Positions 38,805 to 49,675 of a stretch of 64,000 nt of DNA are shown piece after piece. Positions within the stretch are counted from its first letter, which is position 1; every line of letters starts with the position of its first letter. A program made the translations under genes and the position numbers. The notes under the pieces are model-generated. The model saw only the letters and a program-made list of their open reading frames with translations, searched no databases and had not been told where the DNA came from. Source of the stretch: an uncultured delta proteobacterium (GTDB lineage: Bacteria > Myxococcota_A > Polyangia > Polyangiales > Polyangiaceae); the NCBI GenBank assembly GCA_963806225.1, contig CAWDXG010000004.1, positions 2,784,001-2,848,000 on the forward strand, in the 5' to 3' direction.

Positions 38805-41246
38805 CTAGTGCAAGCTCGCGAGTGCCTCGTCGAGCGATTCCTCGGGCCCTCGCCAGGCGACGCCGACGCGAGCGGCGCGCTCCTGCACGCGGACGCGCAG
38901 CGCCTCGAAGCGAGGGTCGCCGCGCAGCGGATCGAGCAGCTTCAGCCGGTTCATCCAGCCCAGGTCGAGCAACCCTTCGTTCACTGCCGCTTCGACCAGC
39001 TCGAGCACGCCCTCGCGATGACCGGTGATTGCCGCAACCTCGGCCGCCATCTGGTAGCCGAAGCGCCGCCCGCGACTCTGCGGAGACGCCCGCACCACCT
39101 GCGCTTCGACCGGAGCGCGGATCTCGGCGAGCGGCCGGACATGTCCGGATTTCCGGTCCTGGCGGGCGCGATCGTACGCCTCGATCAACATGGCCATGCG
39201 TTTGTCGGCGCCCTCGGGTGCGGGCAGTGCACCGGCGTCCGGCGCGCCCGGCCACGACCACAGGCGCGCCTCGTGGATCCGGGACTGCCCCTTCCAATCG
39301 GGACCCTTCCCTCCCGCGTGAAGCTCTCGCGCGCGCTCGAAGTTGCCGTCCAGCGCCGCGTCGCGCATTAGATCCAAGCGCGCCCAGCGCTGGTCGGGGT
39401 CCAGCCACAGCGCCCGCTCCAGGTGCACGATCGCGTCCGCTCTCTCGTCGGCCTCGAGCAGGATGCGCCCGGCCAGATCATGCGCGTCGGAGCTGCTCGG
39501 CGCGAGCGTCAGCGCGTGGCGCAGCGCACGGATCGCGCCAGCCGGGTCGCCCTCCTGGTTGAAGCGTGTCGCAGCCAGCGCGATCCACGGCTCGGCCATC
39601 CGCTCTCCCGCGACCAGTGCGCGGCGCAGGTACTGCACCACCTCCGCGCGATCGATGCTCGAGAACAGGTTCCGGCCCAGGTGAGCGTGGACGTAGCCGG
39701 CCAGGATCGTCGGATCGTCTGGCGCGCGCGCGAGGGCCTGTGCGAACAGCCCCTTCGCCTCGATCATGCCCGCGTCCTTCCAGAAGCGACCGATGGCGTG
39801 GCGTGCCCGGAAGTACAGATCGACCGCGATCGGATCGGTCGGCTGCGGCCGCGGGGCTTCGGTGTGCTTGGCGGCCAGCGCCGACGCGATGCCGCGCGCC
39901 ACGTCGTCGTTCAGCGCGAAGGCCTCGCCTGCCGGCCGCTCGAAGCGCGACGACCAGATCTGGAAGCCGTCGGCCACGCCCACCAGTCGCGCGCTCACGC
40001 GGATCAGCTCGCCGGCGCGGCGCACCGAGCCGTCGACCACCACGTCCACGCCCAGCCGCCGCCCCGTCTCCACCACATCCCGATCCGACGCCTCGGCGTA
40101 GCCGCGACCGCGCACGCGCAGCCCCTGCACCGTGGCCAGCATGTCCACCAGATCCTCGAGCAGGCCCTCGACGAAGTACTCGTCGTCGCTCGAGCCGAGG
40201 TTCCTGAACGGCACCACCGCCACCGAGCGCTCGCGTGGCGGCGGAACCGCGGAGCGGCGCGGAGCAGGTTCTGGAGCGTCGTCGGACGCGTCCACCGCCG
40301 ACAGGGCGCGGAGGAGCTCGTCGTCCGAAGCGTAGCGCTCGTCGCGATCGCGAGCGAGGCAGCGCAGCACGACCGCCGCGAGGCCCGGTGAGAGCCCCGG
40401 TCTCTCGTCACGGGGATCGGGGGGCGGCTCGACGAGGCGAGCCGCCGCGACAGCGAACGGAGACGTTCCCGGCCACGCCTGCCGCCCCGTCAGCATCTCG
40501 AACAGGATCGCGCCGAACGCGTAGATGTCGGCGCGAGCGTCGAGCTGCACGTTCCCGCCGACCTGCTCGGGGGCCATGTAGGCGGGCGTCCCGACGGTCT
40601 TTCCGGCCGTCTTCGACGCGCTTCCGGGTGCGTCGGCGCGGGCGATACCGAAATCGGTGATGACGACCCGCCCACCCGACTCGAGCAGCACGTTGTCGGG
40701 CTTCAGATCGCGATGGACCACCCCCACGGCGTGTGCGGCGCTCATGCCAGCCGCGATGGCGCGCGCGACGTCCAGGGTTTCGCTGGTCGACGGAACACCC
40801 TTCTCGAGGCGATCCGAAAGGGGCTCGCCGACGATCAGCTCCATGGTCAGGAACTTCTGCCCCTCGTGCTCGCCGATGTCGAAGGTGCGGGCGACGTTCT
40901 TGTGGGTCACGCGTCGCGCCAGGCGCACTTCCTGCCGGAAGCGCTCCACCATGTCCTCCGACTCGAGGAAGTCCTGGTGCAGCATCTTGAGCGCCACCGT
41001 CTCGCCGAGCTCGCGGTCCACGGCGCGGTAGACGCGCCCCATTCCTCCCTGGCCGAGGAGTCCTGCGATCTCGTAGCGGTCCGCGATGACCGTCGGCCCC
41101 GCGCCTACCGACGGCCCCGCGCCTACCGACGACGTTGCAGCGTGGTCGGCCGCGACCGTCGGGTCGGTCCCCACGCGCACGGACGACGCTGTTGCGTGGT
41201 CCGCCGGGTGCGTCGGATCGGTCGGTCCCACATCGCGGGCGCCCAT
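38805..41246 (-). CDS. Ser/Thr protein kinase with TolB-N-like domain and TPR repeats
   Basis: LGQGGMG, VALK, HRDLKPDN, DFG, GTPAYMAPE; SVAVVPFRNL...VDGSVRR...VSARLV; TPR C-terminus. Confidence 0.93.
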   Translation of the reverse strand: MGARDVGPTDPTHPADHATASSVRVGTDPTVAADHAATSSVGAGPSVGAGPTVIADRYEIAGLLGQGGMGRVYRAVDRELGETVALKMLHQDFLESEDMVERFRQEVRLARRVTHKNVARTFDIGEHEGQKFLTMELIVGEPLSDRLEKGVPSTSETLDVARAIAAGMSAAHAVGVVHRDLKPDNVLLESGGRVVITDFGIARADAPGSASKTAGKTVGTPAYMAPEQVGGNVQLDARADIYAFGAILFEMLTGRQAWPGTSPFAVAAARLVEPPPDPRDERPGLSPGLAAVVLRCLARDRDERYASDDELLRALSAVDASDDAPEPAPRRSAVPPPRERSVAVVPFRNLGSSDDEYFVEGLLEDLVDMLATVQGLRVRGRGYAEASDRDVVETGRRLGVDVVVDGSVRRAGELIRVSARLVGVADGFQIWSSRFERPAGEAFALNDDVARGIASALAAKHTEAPRPQPTDPIAVDLYFRARHAIGRFWKDAGMIEAKGLFAQALARAPDDPTILAGYVHAHLGRNLFSSIDRAEVVQYLRRALVAGERMAEPWIALAATRFNQEGDPAGAIRALRHALTLAPSSSDAHDLAGRILLEADERADAIVHLERALWLDPDQRWARLDLMRDAALDGNFERARELHAGGKGPDWKGQSRIHEARLWSWPGAPDAGALPAPEGADKRMAMLIEAYDRARQDRKSGHVRPLAEIRAPVEAQVVRASPQSRGRRFGYQMAAEVAAITGHREGVLELVEAAVNEGLLDLGWMNRLKLLDPLRGDPRFEALRVRVQERAARVGVAWRGPEESLDEALASLH

Positions 41247-41337
41247 GGCTCCGCGAGCATAGCAAGGATTCGGCGAACCCCGGGTGGTTTCCGGGCAATC
41301 GGACGGCCATCCGCGAAACGCTGCGGCCCTGCCGCAT

Positions 41338-42294
41338 ATGCCGCATCGAGCACGCGCTGGCGCTCGAGCACCCGGCGCTACCGAGCGGCTTGACCGCCGC
41401 GCGCGACCGGGAAATCCTGTCGCCGTGGGACAACCACGCGGAAACAACTCCCGCGCCCGGACGCTCCGCGTCGGGATCGCGCTCGGCTCCAAGGCGCGCG
41501 CTCGCGGCTCGAGCCACGAGGCGGAGTTGCGTGGGCGACTCGACAGCTTCTGCGACGCGCTGTCCGGGGCGACCTCCCTGGCGGTTCCCGGCTCGATCGT
41601 GCTGGACTATCCCGCGCTGCTGGGCGACATGCGCGACGGCGTGGTGGACCTGGGTTGGCTGCCGCCCATCGTCGCACTCAAAGCATTCGACGTGCGGCGC
41701 GCGCAGCCGCTCGCACTGCCGGTCCGCAACGGGCATGCGGTGTATCACACGGCACTCTTCGCGAGGGAAGGCTCACCGCTGCGGAGCACCGAAGATCTCG
41801 TCGGGGTCCGGGCAGCCTGGGTCGACCCCTTCAGCGCGTCGGGCTATCTCGTGATCCGCGCGGCGCTGCGTTCCCGTGGCGTGGACGTCGAGCGCGCGTT
41901 CTCGAGGCAGACCTTCGTGGACTCGCACGAGCGGGTGGTAGAAGAGGTCGCGTGCGGGCGTGCGGACGTCGCCGCAACATTCGTCCATTACGATGCCACC
42001 GGGGACATTGTGCGCGCTGGATGGGACAGCGAGCCCATGCAGGTGGTGACCAGCTTCGGCCCCATCCCCTCCGACATGATTGCGGCCTCACTGCATGCAC
42101 CCGTCTGGACTGTCGAGCGCGCGAAGGATGCGCTGCTCGGTGCCGGCAATGCCGTCCTCGCACAAGCGACGAACGAGCTGCTCGAAGCCGAGGGGCTCGT
42201 CGGCGCCAGCGCCGATCACCTCACACCCCTGACCTCGGTGCTGCGCTTCCTGGATGATCCGGTGCGCGACACGATCATGCCCGGCCCCAGGTAG
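41338..42294 (+). CDS. PhnD-like phosphate/phosphonate-binding protein, no signal peptide
   Basis: DYPALL, VDLGWLPP, AWVDPFSASGYL, SHERVV, PIPSD; start uncertain. Confidence 0.8.
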   Translation: MPHRARAGARAPGATERLDRRARPGNPVAVGQPRGNNSRARTLRVGIALGSKARARGSSHEAELRGRLDSFCDALSGATSLAVPGSIVLDYPALLGDMRDGVVDLGWLPPIVALKAFDVRRAQPLALPVRNGHAVYHTALFAREGSPLRSTEDLVGVRAAWVDPFSASGYLVIRAALRSRGVDVERAFSRQTFVDSHERVVEEVACGRADVAATFVHYDATGDIVRAGWDSEPMQVVTSFGPIPSDMIAASLHAPVWTVERAKDALLGAGNAVLAQATNELLEAEGLVGASADHLTPLTSVLRFLDDPVRDTIMPGPR

Positions 42295-42335
42295 CCACAA
42301 GCTCTAGCGCAACGGCGCCGGGCCTGGCGACGACC

Positions 42336-42677
42336 TCAACTACAACTGACCAGCACCTTGCTCTGGGGCCCGCCCGGGAATCCGCTCACGCAGGTCGAGG
42401 CATGGTCGCGTGGACAGACGCAATTGCACGCCGCGTCCACGGTCGGGTAGCACAGCCCGTCGCTTCCCAGCCACGGGCAGGGCCCTGCCGTGTAGGGCGA
42501 CGTGCCTTCTACGCACGGCCCCAGATTGTGGCTCCCGTCGTTGTAGCTGGTGCTCGAGCCACCGTCCGGAGATGCGCCGCCCGCGCCGTTGCCCTGCTGC
42601 ACGACCCGGCCGCCGCACGCCGGGAGCAGTGTCAGCGAGCTCGCGATGCCTAGTGAAAGAAGCCACACCCCGCGCAT
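42336..42677 (-). CDS. Small Cys-rich lipoprotein
   Basis: MRGVWLLSLGIASSLTLLPAC lipobox, 113 aa, Cys-rich C-terminus. Confidence 0.72.
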   Translation of the reverse strand: MRGVWLLSLGIASSLTLLPACGGRVVQQGNGAGGASPDGGSSTSYNDGSHNLGPCVEGTSPYTAGPCPWLGSDGLCYPTVDAACNCVCPRDHASTCVSGFPGGPQSKVLVSCS

Positions 42678-42813
42678 CGATGCATCATGGCAGCGCGGTG
42701 TGTTTCCGGCAAGACGCGTGGGCAAGGGAGGCGCCGTGCCCCGAGGCGTGTGGTATCCTGGCAGACTGGTGTGATCGCCGGCGTGTGCCGGACGTGGATG
42801 CGGAGAGGACTCG

Positions 42814-43500
42814 ATGGGCAGCGCGCTAGGACGGGTTGTGATGGGTGCGGTGCTCGGCGGGCTTGTATGCAGCTTCGCGGCGTGCGGGAGCAGCTCGAGC
42901 TCCGGGCACAGCCAGGACGGCGGCGGCGGAACCGAAGGCTCGGTCGACACGGGCACGGACGCTTGCATCGGGTGCAGCGACGCGCAGGCGAACGACTCGG
43001 GCGGCGACGCGGCGGACTCCGCAGCCGACTCCGCAGGGGGCTCCGCTCCGGACTCGGCCGCGGACGCTGTCGCCGATGCTCCGGCGGAGTCTTCCGCCGA
43101 CGCGGCTCCGGACGCAGCGCCCGACGCGCAGGGGGACGCGGCCGCGGACTCCGCGGCCGATGCGCCCGCCGAGTCGTCCACCGACGCCGGCGCGGACGCA
43201 TCGCCCGACGCCTCCGGCGACGCTTCCAACCCCGAAGCCTGCGTGCCGGCGACCTGCGGCACGTTCCAGCACGTCTACTGCGGCTCGGTACTCGACGGCT
43301 GTGGTGGCGTGATCCAGTGCTCGTGCCTGACCGGAACGACCTGCGTGATCTACGCCGGTGTGTCCGGCACCTGCTGCAAGCCGATCACCAACTGCTCGCA
43401 GTACCCGGCCCCCGAAGCGGGCACCTGCGCGACCTACACCGATAACTGCGGCGGCAAGATCCACTGCGGCAACTGCCCGTCGGACGCCGGTAGCGACTAG
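42814..43500 (+). CDS. Cys-rich lipoprotein with Asp/Ala linker repeats
   Basis: FAAC lipobox, DAAADS/DAPAES repeats, DGCGG and DNCGG Cys repeats. Confidence 0.8.
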   Translation: MGSALGRVVMGAVLGGLVCSFAACGSSSSSGHSQDGGGGTEGSVDTGTDACIGCSDAQANDSGGDAADSAADSAGGSAPDSAADAVADAPAESSADAAPDAAPDAQGDAAADSAADAPAESSTDAGADASPDASGDASNPEACVPATCGTFQHVYCGSVLDGCGGVIQCSCLTGTTCVIYAGVSGTCCKPITNCSQYPAPEAGTCATYTDNCGGKIHCGNCPSDAGSD

Positions 43501-43546
43501 CAGCACTGTTCGAAACCGCCCTTGGCGCGCAGCACTGCGATTGTCG

Positions 43547-43690
43547 GTGCACGAAACGTCTGCTTGGCTTGCCTTGCGTGTCGTCTCCGGGTCTGGTGCT
43601 GGCCGCTGGCGGCGTGGTGGGGTGCAGCAGCTCCAGCAACAGCAGCAGCGGGGGCGCGGCGGGCAGCGGCGGTGCGCGGGCTCCCTGGGC
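43547..43690 (+). pseudogene. 5' remnant of a lipoprotein gene
   Basis: Frameshifted VHETSAWLALRVVSG / LVLAAGGVVGCSSSSNSSSGGAAGSGG: signal, lipobox and linker with no body. Confidence 0.5.
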
Positions 43691-43745
43691 GAGCGAGGCC
43701 ATCGACGCTGCGCGGAATCCTGTAGGCTCCTCTAGCGTTGGCGCG

Positions 43746-44885
43746 ATGATGGTGGCGGGTCGGAACATGGCGGCGTTGGCGGCGTGCGCGGCGCTGTGTA
43801 TCGGCTGCAGGTCGTCGCGGGCGCGGCGCGAGGCGCCACCGGCTCACCACGCAACGAGACCAGCGGTGTCCGCGTCGGCGCGCAAGGCCCTGCACATAGC
43901 GAGCGCACAACCCGCACCGGCTCACCCGGCGCCGACCGCATCGGGCTCCGCGGCGGCGCCGGCAGCCGCGTCGGCAAGCGCCGCCGCACTTCCGGTACTG
44001 GCGCGCCTCGGCTTCAGCATCACGCACACCTACGAGGAGCGGCACCTGGCCTGGCGGCAGGTCGAAAAGCTCAACTGGCAGGGTGTCGCCGCGGGACAGC
44101 CGGCGCTGCCGCCCGCGCCGCCGCTCGCTACCCACGGCTGCCCAGCAGGCATGGTCCGCGTCCACGGCGGCTTCCTCGTTGACGCAAACGGCCGCGACAA
44201 CAACGACAACGTGCAGGTCGCCCAGGACCGTGCCTGCAGCCACTGGCGCACCAAGGCCCACGACATCTACGGCAGTTGCGATCGCTTCGATCGCGACCGC
44301 TGGCTCGCGATCCAGAAGTCGCTGCGGCGCGAACCGATGGACTTCTGCATCGATCGCTACGAGTTCCCCGACGTGTACGGCCAGTTCCCCGTCGTCGTCG
44401 TCACCTTCTCGGAGGCGCAGAAGTACTGCAAGAAGGTCGGCAAGCGGCTGTGTACGGAGAACGAGTGGACCTTCGCCTGCGAAGGCGAGGAGGGCGTCCC
44501 CTACCCGTACGGCTACGACCGCGACAAGACCGCGTGCCGCATCGACGTCTTCGGCCCGCGCCCCGACAAGGACACCCTGCGCCCGCGCATGACGGCACAC
44601 ACCGCCAAGGGCATCGATCTGGCCTGGCGCGGTCTGCGCTCCGGCGCGTCGCCGCGATGCAAGAGCCCCTTCGGCATCTACGACATGACCGGCAACGTGG
44701 ACGAGTGGACGGAAACCGTGCGGAAGTACGGCTACAAGATGATCCTCAAGGGCGGCCACTGGGGATTCGTGCGCCAGCGCTGTCGCCCCGCCACGCGCGG
44801 GCACGGTCCGCTCTACGTCCGCTACGACCAGGGCTTCCGCTGCTGCGGGGACGCCCCGGGCGGGGCACGGGCACCGGGCGGATAG
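43746..44885 (+). CDS. FGE-sulfatase (SUMF1/EgtB/PvdO-domain) lipoprotein
   Basis: CPAGMVRV, FCIDRYE, KRLCTENEWTFAC, GIYDMTGNVDEW, GFRCC. Confidence 0.9.
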   Translation: MMVAGRNMAALAACAALCIGCRSSRARREAPPAHHATRPAVSASARKALHIASAQPAPAHPAPTASGSAAAPAAASASAAALPVLARLGFSITHTYEERHLAWRQVEKLNWQGVAAGQPALPPAPPLATHGCPAGMVRVHGGFLVDANGRDNNDNVQVAQDRACSHWRTKAHDIYGSCDRFDRDRWLAIQKSLRREPMDFCIDRYEFPDVYGQFPVVVVTFSEAQKYCKKVGKRLCTENEWTFACEGEEGVPYPYGYDRDKTACRIDVFGPRPDKDTLRPRMTAHTAKGIDLAWRGLRSGASPRCKSPFGIYDMTGNVDEWTETVRKYGYKMILKGGHWGFVRQRCRPATRGHGPLYVRYDQGFRCCGDAPGGARAPGG

Positions 44886-44946
44886 TTCGCGCCGTGATCC
44901 GCGCGTTCCGGTTTCCGGACCGCGGAGGGCGGCCTGGGGCGTTGGG

Positions 44947-45498
44947 TCAGGGCACGAATCCCAGAACGTCAGCGGCCTGCTGCGATCCCGAGAGGGTAAG
45001 CGTGCCAGTCGCGGTGTTTGCATTCTTGCCGGTGTCCGGCGCCATGACCACGTGCGCGAAGCCTAGCCCAATGCTGTTGCGCGCAACCGACTCGATCCTC
45101 ACTGTGCCGCTGGTTGCCGCCCATACTTTCGTGCCGTGGTTGCCCTCTGCATATTCGACGGTTGCGGTGTTGCCGGTCTGGGCGTTTGTGACGGGGTATG
45201 TCGTGCCGACACTCGGCTTGTCGCCCATCACGCTGATCGCAAGCGCTTGTGGGACGTTCGCGAGTCGGATGCACACGGAAGCATACCTGGCCGCTCCGTC
45301 AGGACCGCTGAAGTCGCCGCTCAAGGAGCCATTGAACTTCGCGAACGCATTGTTCGCCCCGTTGGCGCCGGAGATCGCGGTCGGGCACTGTCCACTCTCG
45401 GCAGACCCGCTGCCACTATTTTCGTTCGAGCTACAACCCGCGGCAACGGTCAAGCAGATAGCAGCAACTGCGGCGACGCTCGAGTGATACCCGGTCAT
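44947..45498 (-). CDS. Hypothetical lipoprotein
   Basis: VAAGC lipobox; beta-rich body; visibly more A/T-ending codons than neighbours. Confidence 0.7.
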   Translation of the reverse strand: MTGYHSSVAAVAAICLTVAAGCSSNENSGSGSAESGQCPTAISGANGANNAFAKFNGSLSGDFSGPDGAARYASVCIRLANVPQALAISVMGDKPSVGTTYPVTNAQTGNTATVEYAEGNHGTKVWAATSGTVRIESVARNSIGLGFAHVVMAPDTGKNANTATGTLTLSGSQQAADVLGFVP

Positions 45499-45652
45499 GA
45501 CCCGCTCTTTCCTTGCAGCACTACGACCTCAAGTGGCTGGCGTACTGCCGTCAGCGTGCCCGAGCTCCTCCGGGTTGACAACCCACGCTACACCCGCCAG
45601 CGCATGCTCAGCGCAGCGGCATGGTCGATTGGGGCGCGTAGGACAAGCGACC

Positions 45653-45780
45653 GTCTACTGGGCGAACTAGCTTCAACAGCGACGGCGCCGTGATGAAGGT
45701 TGCCCTCGACGGGGGCACGCCGGTCACGCTCGCGTCGAAGCAGCAGTTCCCCGTCTCCATCGCGGTCGACGCGAACAGTG
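45653..45780 (+). pseudogene. Single-blade remnant of a beta-propeller repeat protein
   Basis: VYWAN...GAVMKVALDGGTPVTLASKQQFPVSIAVDANS, disrupted and without start or end. Confidence 0.6.
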
Positions 45781-45902
45781 CAAGGACAGGCAGCAGGGCG
45801 CAACGTGCACCGTCAAGTTCCGCGACCGTAGCCTCGACGGCATGTGCGAACCGGGACCCGATGACCAGGCACCGCTGGCCTGCCGCCCAAAGGGCGCACG
45901 CG

Positions 45903-46526
45903 TTAGCTCTTCAACCCGCGCTCCGTCACGATCGCTGCGTTGCGCTCGTCCGCGCGCTTCAGCGCAGGCCGGGCGGCCAGGCGCTCGGCGTATGCGACGA
46001 AGGTCGGGCGCGCCTCGATCGTCCCGAACTGCATCATGTAGCGTAGCGTCCCGCCGAAGATGACGTCAGCCATCGAGAAGCGGTCGCCGAGGACATACTC
46101 GCGGCCTTCGAGCGCGCGCTCCATCGAGTCGAGCACCGCGTCGTACACGCCCCACCCCGCCTGGGAGGGCTTGTACTCCCAGCCCCCCACCTTGGCTATC
46201 ACCGCCGGCTCGATGACTGCGGGCGCGAAGCAGATCCAGCGTAGGTACGTACCGCGCGCCGGGTCGTCGATCGCCGGGGCGAGGCGGCCGGGCGCGTAGC
46301 GGTCCGCGAGGTACATCCCGATGGCGGCGCCCTCGGTCACGACGACGTCACCGTCCTTCAGGATCGGCAGCTTGCCCATCGGGTTCATGGCAAGGATCTC
46401 CGGCGACTTCTGCTCGCCGGCCAGGATGTCGACGAAGCGGAGCTCGTGCTCGACACCGACCTCCTCGAGCTGCCAGACGGTGCCCGCGGCGCGGGAGAAG
46501 GGGTGGTGGAACAGGACGATGGACAT
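45903..46526 (-). CDS. Glutathione S-transferase family protein
   Basis: SRA..W.LEE, NPMGKLP, TEGAAIGMYLAD, GDRFSMADV, RPALKRA. Confidence 0.93.
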   Translation of the reverse strand: MSIVLFHHPFSRAAGTVWQLEEVGVEHELRFVDILAGEQKSPEILAMNPMGKLPILKDGDVVVTEGAAIGMYLADRYAPGRLAPAIDDPARGTYLRWICFAPAVIEPAVIAKVGGWEYKPSQAGWGVYDAVLDSMERALEGREYVLGDRFSMADVIFGGTLRYMMQFGTIEARPTFVAYAERLAARPALKRADERNAAIVTERGLKS

Positions 46527-46599
46527 GATGGATTCCCTCCGACTCGAGCGACCGACGACCTCCGCCGCGTCAACCGCAGGAGACCATAGTCCGACCCCA

Positions 46600-46615
46600 T
46601 GACAGCGTGGTGTCA
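46600..46615. promoter_or_regulatory. TGACA-N6-TGTCA operator-like palindrome upstream of the GST gene
   Basis: TGACAGCGTGGTGTCA about 75 bp upstream of the GST start. Confidence 0.5.
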
Positions 46616-46708
46616 GGATGGGTGCCGTCGACCCACGTGGCTACGGCGGCAGTGGCTCCAGCTCCGGGGGAGGCGGTGGCTATACGTGTTCGAGCACAAC
46701 TATCGCGA

Positions 46709-46879
46709 ATGCCCGGCAACGCATCGAGCGGCTCGTCGTATAGCGACTCGAGTAGCGCTAGCGGCTGTGCACTGGCCGACGGTTCCCCTGGCGTCCCGGG
46801 CGGGCTACCCGTCGCCGCGCTCTTTGCTGTGGGGCTCCTGATCGCACGGCGCCGGAGAGGAACCGCACCTCAGGCATGA
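46709..46879 (+). pseudogene. Orphan MYXO-CTERM C-terminal remnant
   Basis: SSSASGCALADG...LPVAALFAVGLLIARRRR with no upstream body. Confidence 0.65.
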
Positions 46880-46891
46880 GCGCCCCCTTGC

Positions 46892-47203
46892 TCAGCGCTT
46901 CGCCCGCGGCACGTGGCGCAGGAAGAGCACGAGCTCGGCCCGGGACATTACGCCCAGCTTGCGGAAGATCGAGTCGAGCTGGTTGCCGACCGTCTTCGCG
47001 CTCACGCCGCGCGCCCGCGCAATGTGCTGCGTCGATTCGCCCTGGAATACGCGTAGCGCGATGTCCTGCTCGGCCTCGGTGAGCGCGGCTGGAACCCGGG
47101 CCTCCGGCTTTGCGATCTCGAGCAACGCGAGGTCTGGTGCGAGATACCGCACGCTGGCCCCTTCGGGGAGCGGAATGTCGGCGTATTCGTCGTCGTCGCT
47201 CAC
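46892..47203 (-). CDS. Small LuxR-type HTH protein
   Basis: LTEAEQDIALRVFQGESTQHIARARGVSAKTVGNQLDSIFRKLGVMSRAEL. Confidence 0.85.
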   Translation of the reverse strand: MSDDDEYADIPLPEGASVRYLAPDLALLEIAKPEARVPAALTEAEQDIALRVFQGESTQHIARARGVSAKTVGNQLDSIFRKLGVMSRAELVLFLRHVPRAKR

Positions 47204-47204
47204 T

Positions 47205-47421
47205 TCACACACTCTGCGGGTAGCGCGACCCGAGCTGGCGCACGAGGTCGAGCCGGCGGGCGATGCCGAGCTTCCGCATCGCGTGACCCAGGTGCGTCGA
47301 CACGGTGCTCTCCGCGATGCCCAGGTGGTACGCGACGAGCTTGTCGGCGTAGCCCCGCGGACTGCGGGGCCTTCAAGTCATAAGCTGCTTCGACGATGGA
47401 GATTACATCCCGTCGCCCCAT
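47205..47421 (-). pseudogene. LuxR-family regulator remnant with most of the gene deleted
   Basis: MGRRDVISIVEAAYDL joined out of frame to RGYADKLVAYHLGIAESTVSTHLGHAMRKLGIARRLDLVRQLGSRYPQSV; both ends match the 54138..55187 paralog. Confidence 0.85.
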
Positions 47422-47639
47422 GCTTCTTCACCTCCTCGTCGAGAGACACCAATCCCCCCCTCGATAGAGCAGTCACGGGTCGAGACGCGACGATCCCAGT
47501 CAAGCATCGAAGATACACGGCACGAATGGGAGGCGTCAATGCGATCCGAGCCCTGTGGAGTGCTGCGCTTCCGTGGGGAGATGCAGGATCTGATCGTCCT
47601 GGCTCATGCATTCTTTTTTTCGGGGGAGTGCGTGCGCGT

Positions 47640-47910
47640 AGGTAGGACCAGCCACCTTCCGCAATGCGTGTCGACAGGCAACTGCAGCCGCTGGGCGCAT
47701 AGCTTCCGCAATTGCCGTTGCACGAGGACGATGTCCCTCCGGCGTCGGAGGAGGGATTGTTCGCTCCGGCGTCGCCGATGATCTTGCCGCCCGAAGAATC
47801 CCCTTGCCCCGACCGCACGCCGCCATGGTCACGACAATGGCAACTACAGCGAAAGTCGCGCAGAAGACTCCACGATCGAGCGTGGCCCGCGGCGCACCGA
47901 CGCGTCCATG
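47640..47910 (-). pseudogene. Degraded lipoprotein remnant
   Basis: Frameshifted MAACG...DSSGGKIIGDAGANNPSSDAGGTSSSCNGNCG; no intact frame. Confidence 0.45.
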
Positions 47911-48183
47911 GGGATTTCCTTGAGCCCATGATCCCGCGCTCTTGGCAGGCTTGCACTCACGGGCTCGGGGACTTCCCTATGCGGCCTGCCGTCCCGGTCT
48001 TCACTCGCGCCGCCCGCGGTCCCCGGCGGTGTGTAATTGGCTGGAATCCCAGCCTGTTCCCCGAGATGCACTCGTTCCGTGCTGATGCGGCGGTCTGGCC
48101 TGGAGTCGTCGAGGCTCGCGCTGATCTGTGATTCATCGGCGGGGACTGGGATGATGATGGTATAAGCGCATCATGGAGGAGTC

Positions 48184-49665
<1,482 letters not shown>

Positions 49666-49675
49666 GGCGTGTTGA

